A stretch of DNA of 45,330 nt, taken from NCBI RefSeq assembly GCF_038025025.1, contig NW_027117340.1, forward strand, positions 2,480,001-2,525,330. Reading direction: 5' to 3'. Made by a program: the position numbers and the translations under genes. The stretch comes from Phyllosticta citribraziliensis. Its lineage: Eukaryota. Below the pieces are notes generated by a model that saw only the letters and a program-made list of their open reading frames with translations, was not told the origin of the DNA and made no database searches. This document shows, in pieces, positions 36,201-45,330 of this stretch; positions within the stretch are counted from its first letter, which is position 1, and each line of letters opens with the position of its first letter.

Positions 36201-38572
36201 TTTTATAATTAACTCCCGCGCGATATAGTAGTAGCTTGTTAGACTCTATTTTAGAAAATACATCTCAAAATTCCTTATAAGTAGCTAGTAGCTTAGAAGC
36301 TAATAATTCCTCGGTTTCTTTATCTTTAAGAGCTGCTTAAACTTGTACGAGGTTAATAGTATAGATCTCTATTAGCACAACTTATATTTTATAGATAGAA
36401 AGCTTAAAAGCATCTTAAGTTTAAAATTTAATTCCCTTAATAACCTGTACTAAGGGAAGAAGGCGTTTATTAAAGTTTTTATCTCTATAGTCTATATCTA
36501 CTTAATATTCTTTCTGCGGTTCGTTACTTTATACAGAGACTTTTAGTAGGTATAAAAGATACTAAAAGGATTAGTTAACTAGTAGCTGTCTCTAGACTAA
36601 TTTATATCGTTTATAGTCTAGAAGAACATTGTGCTAGTTAAAAAACTATCACCTAAGAATCATGTCATTATAGCTAATATTATAAATAAAAGTATAAGTA
36701 GAAACTATTTAATCCTAGAAGTAGAGTTAAAGATAAAAGTAAAAATTAACTTTCTTATTTATATATTAGTTAAACCTAGTAATATTAAGCCCTTTACCTA
36801 TTATTCTCTTTTTTATAGTACCTATAGACTAGAGAGTTAGTAGTAGCTTAGGGTAAATAAAACTTATACTACTAGTACTAGTATTAGCTAGGGCATAAAT
36901 TTCTAAGGCGCGGCTATTAGATATAATTAAGGTTTATATAGTAAAGGGTATACCTCTAATAAAGTAACTAAGATTTATATAAGAACCCTTAATATGTATT
37001 ACTCTAAGTTTAGACCTATAGCTAGAGACTTTACCTAGGTCTTATTATTTTCTAATAAAGACTAATCTCCTTTATTTATATAGATATCTTTAGTACTTTC
37101 TTCTTTAACTAACTCTATTACCTTTATCTCTAGTTGTAGGTATTATCTCTATAAATAGCTAAACTAGCTATAGTAATTATATAGTCTAATCTCTATATAG
37201 ACTTCTACTTTACCTTTATAGGTTATATTATATAAGGGAGCCCTAGATATAGATCTATGCCTAGTATAACTAGAAGATAAAGTACTTATACTACCTAAGG
37301 TAGTTATCTTTACTCTTTCTTATTATCTCTTCTTTACTTATTCCTTACGCGACGTGAGTATTAGTTTTCTATAGTTAGAATAGTAGTTACTAAGACTTTA
37401 AGTAATAGGGTAGGCTTATTAGAGGTACTTATAAAAGTTAATATCCTTATCTTACTCTATAGTAACTATATAGGTTTAAAGGAGAGGATCTATTATATTA
37501 TAAAAGTCCTCTTTCTACTATTCCTAGGGAAGATCTACATCTAAGGCTAATTATATAAAGTTTAATTAAAACTTCTAAAGGTCTATAGGAATATAGTATA
37601 TAAGAGAGCATAACTACTTCTTTATATCCTTATATTTATATAGACTCTAGAGGAGGTTATCTAGGAATTTAAAGATATCCTTATCTAGAGTAACTTTATT
37701 AGCCTTTATATAAGAAGTAAGGAAAGGAGTTAGGTAATATAAGACTTCTCTACTAATATAGGAAATAATATAACCTATAATATTCTATTTAGTCTCCTCT
37801 ACTATATCTTTAGTAAAGTAATTATAGTTTTATTTAATTTTATTTTATATAAGGAGGGTCTAGTATTTATATAAGGGGTCTTCTCTATTAGTAAGAAGAG
37901 GAGGATTAGGAACCTTACTACTTTAGTATTTCTTACTACTTAAAGATAAAGTAGAGGTTTTAGTAGTAGTTTCCCTTATATAGGTTAGAGGAGGTCTAAG
38001 AGTCCTTATTACTCTACTAGTAGAAGGATCTTAAGAGAGGGTAATAGGTCTTAGGTACTAAGCTAATAGAGAGGGCCTAATATATCCTTCCCTTAAGACT
38101 TCCCTAAGTCTATTAGCATAGTTTAAGAATGTTTACTTAAGAGCCCAGTTCTACCTTTGAGTATAGTTTAGTTACTGCTATACTTAAGACTTATTTAAGG
38201 ATGTAATCTTAGATTTAAATTAATTAATATCTAAGTGTAGTACCTTTATAAACGCCTCTATAACTAGAGCTTAAACTATATAAGTTGACCCTAGGTCTTA
38301 GGTATATTCTTTTACCTCTACTACTAGGACTAAGTAGAAATTATATAGGAGAATAGGGGTAGGTCCTCTCTTATTATTATTTAATAAGTATCTAGTATTA
38401 TATAAATCTTTAGTTCCTTTATGCGAATCTTATTAAGTTAATTAACTAGTACTAATACCTTTAGTAGTACTAGATATATTAGCTTTATTCTTAGCTATAC
38501 TATCTTTATAGTCTTCTACTTAGAATGTCCCTTAAGTAGGTTATAGATAGGATACCTCCTAGATATTTATAT
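33206..38572 (-). pseudogene. pol: A3 gag-pol relic
   Basis: Colinear reverse complement of A1 gag-pol with the same motifs. Confidence 0.9.
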
Positions 38573-38806
38573 ACTACCCTATAGCCTTAACTAAAGACTT
38601 CTATAGTTAATATATGCTTAATACTCCTTAGTCCTTAGATAATACTAATGCGCCTAATAAAGATAACTTAGGTTTACTAGGGAAAAGTAATAAGTAGTCT
38701 TATATAAGACTATAGCTGTATATAATATTACTTAGGTTGAATATTATAATACCTTTATAGGTAAAGAAGTAGGATAGAGCTAAAACTTAGAATAATCTTT
38801 TATATC

Positions 38807-39229
38807 TATTATAACTTGTAGATTTCTTATTATATAGGTAAGGGCTAAAGGTAAACTACTAGAGAATATATATATATCTTAATTAAATCTAATAAGTTAA
38901 AAGAATAAAATATAAAAGATACTTACTACCTATATATTTCCTAGTCCTTCCTTTATACCATTCTACCTCTTATCCTTTATATAAGGGTCCTTGGTTATTA
39001 TTAGGTAAGTTATAAAGGTAAGGTGTTAATAGGCTATTATATAGTATCTACCTAGGGCTATAGTAGCTAGTACTAGGCTATAGTAGCTAGTACTAGCCTA
39101 TAGGTTTTAGCCTAAGCTGTAGTAGGCTGCTGCCTAAGGTAAGGCTTGTACTTCTTATAACTATATAATGCTAGGTTTGTCTATACTAGCCCTAGTACTT
39201 ATATAGGCGCGTGTACGCCTATCGTGATA
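38807..39229 (-). repeat. A3 5' LTR (423 bp)
   Basis: Direct repeat of 30984-31406; ends CCTATCGTGATA. Confidence 0.95.
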
Positions 39230-39234
39230 ATTAC

Positions 39235-42200
39235 TAGGGTATAGTTAGTTTTTAAACTAGCTTAAGGAGCCTATATAGCTAGTACTACTATAATTTATTT
39301 TACTAGTAGGTATTATAGTCTCCTATATATATAGTAATATTAGCTAATAGTATTAGCTACTAGTATTTATAGCTAATAACTTTAATAGTATATTTAATAC
39401 TAAAGTACCTACTAACTAGGTTATTATAGTTCTATAGAAAGATCTTACTATATAATAGGGTACTATTAGGTACCTATACCTTACTATCTTAGTAGATAAG
39501 ACCCTAGGGGTCTATAGAGTACCCCTCTCTAGTACTATCTACCCCTATTATACTATCTATATAGACCTTATTATATAGAGGGTCTACTCTCTAGCTATCT
39601 AGAAGTAGCTAGAGGAGAGACTTAGAGGGGTTAATATAGGCTATTTTACTAGTAGTAGCTACTACTACCTCCTAGTAAGATATTAAGCTTAGTACTAAGC
39701 TAATACTAATAATTAGGGCTACTATAAGGGGGTTCCTATTATAGGAAAGGACTTAGATTAAAGGTAGTATTACTAAGTCCTTAGCTCTAAATAGGTACTA
39801 TAATATATCTATCTAGCTAGTATATAGAGGGCTAGTAGTACCTAGGAACTCCTTAAGATTCTTTACTTAGAGCTTCTACTATAGTATAGGTAGTAGAATA
39901 TCTAATACTAGCTATTTATCTATCTCTTTAAAGCCCCTAGTATAGTTAGGGTAATAGGATAGGCTATTAGTAGGATTAGTTAAGCTAGATTTATAGCTAA
40001 TCTTAAAATTAAACTCTATAAGTAACTCTATATACCTAGCCTACTAAGTAGTTAGGTACTTAGTTTCTATAAAGTAGTAGAGGTTATTATAATCTATAAG
40101 GACTTATATAGTAGTAGGTATATATACTAGGTAGTACTACTATATTTTAAAGTATTCTATAATAGTATATAACTCTTTATTATAGGTATTATACTATACT
40201 TTAGTAGTAATAAACTTATATAAGTAGTAGGTAATTAGGTACTAGTATATAGCCCTATTACTCCTAACTATAGGCTATAGGAGAATTCCTATATATATAT
40301 AATTAGAGGTATCTATAATTAGGGTTAATAGATACTATAGATTATAGTACTATAATAGAGGGCCTTTAAGAAAGGCTCCTTATAGCTACTAGAATATTAT
40401 CTAGATAGGTTCTAGCTAGTACTAGAATTAGTACTATTATATAGGCCCTTTCTTAGTCTTTTTCTTCTTTACCTCTATAGCCCTAGGTTTACTACCTATT
40501 AGGGGCTAACTAGCCTCCCTTAGGAGCTTATATAAGGGCTAAGTAAGTATAGAGTAGTTCTAAATAAACTAATAATAGAAGTTAGTAAAGCCTAGGAATA
40601 CTTAGATATCCTAGTAGCTTTAGGGTTCTAGCTATTCTTTAATAATCTAGACCTATTTAGTATCTATTTAGATACTATTAAGGGTAATTATAAACCCTAA
40701 GAATTTAATATACTTTATATAGAATATATACTTTAAACTCTTTATATATAGTTTCTATTCCTATAACTATTCTAAGATTAATTTAATATAGTAGATATAG
40801 TCTATCTTATCCTTAAAGTAGATAAGGATATTATCTAGATAGATAATATAGATAGAGTCTAGGTATCTAACTAAGGTATAGTAGATATATACCTAAAAGA
40901 ATACTAGAGTATTAGCTAGCCTAAAGGGTATTATTATATACTTATAATAGCTATAGTATATCTTAAAAGCTATTTTCTATTTATCCCCTACTTTAATATA
41001 GAGCTAATAGTAGGTATTATAGAGATCTAGCTTTATATAGATAGTAGCCCCTAAGATATAGTCTATTAGCTCCTTAATTAGTAGTAAAGGGTACTAATTC
41101 TTAATAGTAGCCTTATTAAGCCCCTAGTAGTCTATATAAAAGTATAGGGTCCTATTAGCCTTTAGAATAAAGAGGATTAGGGCCTTATTAGATAACTTAT
41201 TAGATCTAATCTATCTAAGGTATAGTATCTTCTCTAGGTACTCCTTAAGGATATTTAGTTCTCTCTTAGATAGGTTATAGATTAGTAACTATAGTAGTAT
41301 TTTATTATCCTCTAGATTAATTATATAGTTATACTCTATATTCTAGGCTAAGATACTAGTAAGTTTATTATTAAAGATATTATTAAACTCTATATACTAC
41401 TTTAAAAGGGCCCTAAAGGGCTCTCTACTAGTACCTATATAGGCTACTAGGTCCTAGGGATAGCTACTATTAGATATACTAATAGTAGCTATAAGTAATT
41501 ATATATTCTATAGGGTTCCTATAGGACCTAAGTAGCTAACCTATTAGGGTTACTATACTATAGTACCTATAGTCTAGGTATAGTAGATATATTCTTTAGG
41601 GCTAACCTTATCCTCTAGCTTATCTAATAAGATATACTTAATTACTAGCTTATAACTTAGGTTAGCCTAGGAGAATAATATTCTATACTTTTAGAAGTAC
41701 TTAAAGTAGTACTTAGCCTTACCTATCTACTCTAGGCTAAGGATAAGATTAAATACTACCTCTTAACTTTTCTAGAATAGCTAGGGGCCTATAGTCCTAC
41801 TATAACTATAGTTATCCTAGATTATAGTTAAGAACTTATAGGTTAAGCCTAGGGTAAGAGGAGACTTATCTACTAGAATAGTAGTTAGATAGTAACTAGG
41901 TAGTACTTAAATAGAGACTAATCTCTTATCTAATACTATAGACCTCTAGATTATATTTAGGGTTATATTATTATTAATAAGGGCTATTAAAGAGTAGGTC
42001 CTAGTAGCTATATTATATATAACTTATACTACTAGTAAATTATCTATTACTTAATAGCTTCTTTATTAGTTCTCTTACCCTAATTACTAAGAAGCTCTTA
42101 GATATATAACTAGAGTATACCTTTTTCTAACTTCTTATTAGCTAGTAGTTAGTCTCTCTTTAACTAGGGGGTACTATCTAAATAGCTTTAGTTACTATTC

Positions 42201-43230
42201 TAGTATCCCTTCTAGCTATTCTCTAAGTATACTAGTTTATTAGTCCTACTTCTAGATATTAGTCCTTAGTACTTTTTCTCTAGTCTTAGCCCCTAAGGGG
42301 GTACTAAGCTAGGTTTAAACTAGCCTTATTTAGGTACCCCCTTAGAGTTACCCTTTTTAGAGAACTATCTAAGTAGCTCCTTAGCCTTTTTAACTTTAAT
42401 AAATACTTTATATTTAGTCTTTATCTAGCTCTTAGTACTTATCTCTATTAGCTTAATATAGAGTATAGGGTATACCTATAAGAACTAGTATATAATATAG
42501 TATTCTTTATCTATAATTTTAAACTTTAGATAGTATTCTTCTATTTCTAGTATAGATTATAGGCTTTTAAACTCTTACCCCTTTTCTTAGATTATATTAA
42601 AGAACTTTATATATATTTTAAACCTCTATATATTAGGGTCCTAGATTTAATCTATAATAAATATATAAAATTCTTTAAAGTATACTAAGGGACTTATTTT
42701 TAAGTTAAGGGTATTAAATACCTTATTATATAGGTTTACCTTACTAATAGCTAGCCTCTAAGTAGCCTATTATAACTAGTACCCTAAATCTTTAGAAGTA
42801 CTATATATTTTAAATATATTATTTAGGGCCTAGAACTAGGAGTTAATATCTTTTACCTCTATACTTATAAGCTTAGGTATAGGGGCCTTAATAAGGGAGT
42901 TAAGAGGGTTATAATAGGAGGCTTATAGCTTAGGCTATAAGTAGCCTCCTATTAGGCCTAGGTTAGGTAGCTCTAAGAGGCTTCTTTTAATCTCTTAGAG
43001 CTTCTAGATTTACTAGTATACTTTAATAAGCTCTTTAGTATCTACTAAGTTAAGTATTATTAATAGTACTATAATCTTCTTATTAATAGTTACTATATAT
43101 AGGTTTAGTATTAGTATAGCTAAGTAGTAGCTTATACCTTTATTTAGGTTCTAACCTTTACTATAAGTATCTTTACTAACTAGGGGGAGGTCTAGTCTCT
43201 AATTAATAGATTCTTAGCTACTAAATAGCT
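39235..43230 (-). pseudogene. pol: Element C gag-pol relic (gag, protease, RT, RNase H, integrase zinc finger; catalytic core absent)
   Basis: De-RIP: ALID.GA ~41963-41984; LFIPK..LRFCVDYRGLN ~41117-41176; VYLDDILIYSK ~40812-40845; FLGFANFYRRF ~40563-40598; ITDASDY ~40300-40321; HDD..GGHFG / CDTCQ ~39302-39428. Confidence 0.85.
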
Positions 43231-43333
43231 AGCTAGTAGCTAGTAAGTTAGTATTAGGGATAATACTTACTAAATAGATAGTAGGAGCTATTTTTTATTA
43301 ATTTAACTAGCTATAGTAGTTAAAGGTTTTAAA

Positions 43334-43544
43334 TATAAGATTTAGTACTATAGGGGGTTAAATTAAGTAAGAATAATATATTTAGTATCCTAGATAATAG
43401 ATAAAACCTTAGTTTCTAAGGGTTTAGCCTAGCTAGGGGTTTTATATATTCCTTACTTAGCCTTATAGCCCTCTTAGGGCCTAAGTAGCTACTATATAGC
43501 CCCTATATAGGTTCCTCCTTAGTAAGGGTAAGGGCTAGTATTAT
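43334..43544 (-). repeat. Putative 5' LTR of element C (~211 bp)
   Basis: Lies between the gag leader and the abrupt start of LINE coding sequence at 43545; RIP-altered TG/CA-like ends (TATAAGA..TATTATA); adjacent 9-nt self-complementary PBS; partner not in window, so boundaries are inferred. Confidence 0.55.
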
Positions 43545-45283
43545 AACCTACTAATAACTAGTCTACCTAGTATCCCTATATTATCTCCTTTATATAAAGA
43601 GATACTAGTATCTCTACTAAATAACTTTAGCTTATAATAGGCCCCTCTTAGAGGGACCTACTCTTCCTCTTACTCTAGCCCTAGTTAGGCCCTACTCTCC
43701 TTATAGTTAATATCTATAATACCCTATATAGGAGTACTAACCCTAATACTACTACTCTAGCCCTCTAAGATATTCTAACCTTACTCCTTAACTATAAGAC
43801 TCTTATTATAGGTAACTTTAATCTCTACTACTAATAGTAGTAACTATTAGTAGCTAACCCTTCCTAGAGGGCCTAGGAATTTATTAACTAGTTTAATACT
43901 ACTAACCTCTTTATACTCTCTAAGTAGGATAAAGCTACCTATAATTAGAGTAATATCCTTAACCTTACCCTTAGCTATAGGCTATAGAGCCTTAAGGTAA
44001 TAGTAGTAATTAATAACTCCTTTAATATCCTCTCTAACTATATACCCTTTCTTACCCTCCTCCCCTAGAGCTACTAGCCCCCCTCTATATTAAAGTAGCT
44101 CTATCCTAATACTATTAATAAGGATACCTTTTAGAATATTCTCTTACTTATACTCTAGAAAGTCCCTACCTACCTTAGGATAACCTAGGATCTTAATAGT
44201 ATAGCTAATAGGTTAGTCTAGGCTATTAGCTATATATATAGAGCCTTAGCTAAAAGGTTACTAGAATATAGGAAGGATTACCTCTAGTAGACTCCTAAAT
44301 ATACTACTATAGTTACTACTACTTACTAGGTAAGATATAACCTAGGTATTAATAAGGGCCCTACTTATAAATAAATAGATAAGGTCCTTAACTATACTAA
44401 GTAATCTTTCTTCTAGAATAGGGTTATAGAGGTAAAGACCCTAAAGAAAGTCTACTCCTTTACTAAGTAGTATAAGACTATAGGTATATTCTACTCTATA
44501 CTACTATATAATCTACTCTATCTAGATAAACCCTCTATAGTTACTCTTACTAATAAATACTAGGTCCTTATAGCTAATCTACTTATTAACTAGGCTAAGG
44601 CTAGGGATATCCCCTATAATACCCTTATAGTACCCTACTACTTACTATTTCTCCTTAGTCTTATAGACCCTAAAATTAATAACTATATCCTCTATACTAG
44701 TAATACTACTCTAGGTATAGATAAAATCCCTATATTAGTCCTTTAGCTAGCCTAGCCCCTTATTACCCCCTAGATATATACCCTTTTCTATAGCTACCTC
44801 TATATAGGATACTACTCTATATATTTCTATAGTATAGTCCTTACTATACTTTAGAAGCCTAATAAGCTAGACCTCTCCTTTCTCTACTTCTACTATCTAA
44901 TTACCCTCCTCTCTATTCTAGATAAGGGCCTTAAGTACCTACTTACCTACTATATATCTTAAGTAGCTATCTATATAGGTATCCTTTATAAATAGTAGTT
45001 TAGAGCTCTCTCTTAGTACTCTTTAAATAACCTTACTACCTACCTTACCTATAATATTAAATAAGGATAGGTATTAGGAAAGGTTAATAGCCTTCTTATA
45101 CTTAATATTAAGGGTCCCTTTAATATAGTACTCTCTAGTTATCTTATCTAATAGCTCTATAAGTAGGGTTAGCCTAAGAGCCTAGTTTACTAGGCCTCTT
45201 TCTTTACTACCTTCTACTTAGTATAGATCTAACTTAATAGGGAGATTAGGCTAATATAATATATTAAGTATAGGCTTCCCTAG
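43545..45283 (+). mobile_element. Tad1-like non-LTR retrotransposon (LINE) ORF2 relic: AP endonuclease and N-terminal RT
   Basis: De-RIP: VVNVYNAP ~43703-43726; GDFNLHH 43811-43831; LDLTL ~43958; SDH ~44033; PG.D.IP ~44712; RPITLLS.LGKGLE ~44892-44935; LDIKG.FD ~45101-45124; truncated by LTR insertions on both sides. Confidence 0.88.
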
Positions 45284-45330
45284 TGTTACGACTCGTAGAT
45301 TTCTTATTATATAGGTGAGGGCTAAAGGTA
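45284..45330 (-). repeat. Start of another family A LTR (copy A4), inserted in the LINE RT; runs off window
   Basis: TGTTACGACTCGTAGATTTCTTATT matches 558 and 30984; expected TSD CCTAG (45279-45283). Confidence 0.92.

Larger units (their letters stand above)
30984..39229 (-). mobile_element. Ty3/Gypsy chromovirus family A, copy A3 (8246 bp, RIP-inactivated)
   Basis: 423-bp LTRs 30984-31406 and 38807-39229; PPT complement TGCCCCCCCT at 31407; flanks GTTAT/ATTAC (two transitions apart). Confidence 0.95.
1..43544 (-). mobile_element. Ty3/Gypsy element C (host of A2, B, A3); visible pieces 1-557, 17147-17571, 28597-30983, 39230-43544; 3' end outside window
   Basis: Continuity of 1-557, 17147-17571 and 28597-30983 is shown by perfect TSDs; the link across A3 rests on an imperfect TSD; gag-pol and LTR at the right end; no partner LTR in the window. 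Confidence 0.55.

Noticed and set aside
1..45330. CRISPR arrays, tRNA/rRNA genes, host genes, (TA)n microsatellites or a reassigned-stop genetic code
   Set aside because: No repeat-spacer periodicity or RNA gene seen; TA runs and in-frame TAA/TAG differ between copies at transition sites and are explained by RIP.

Overview
The whole window is fungal (ascomycete-type) heterochromatic repeat DNA that has been heavily mutated by repeat-induced point mutation (RIP): TpA is everywhere, CpA/TpG are scarce, and there are no intact genes. It resolves into nested retrotransposons. The oldest layer is a Tad1-like LINE ORF2 relic (43545-45283, +). It is interrupted by Ty3/Gypsy element C (5' LTR ~43334-43544, minus strand, running off the left edge of the window). 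C hosts an 11.0-kb chromodomain Gypsy element B (17572-28596, 169-bp LTRs, TSD GTAGG) and two copies of an 8.2-kb chromovirus family A (A2 558-17146; A3 30984-39229). A third copy, A1 (627-8873, +), sits inverted inside the 3' LTR of A2, creating a ~16.5-kb near-palindrome, and a fourth A LTR begins at 45284. Three things stand out. (i) Element B has no polypurine tract; instead the same PBS-like 11-mer lies in inverted orientation exactly 2 nt inside both LTRs, suggesting tRNA priming of both cDNA strands. (ii) Family A carries an antisense gene with a six-cysteine (DUF3716-like) cluster. (iii) B and C also carry large unexplained extra ORFs downstream of pol. All protein readings are manual de-RIP reconstructions; no searches were run.
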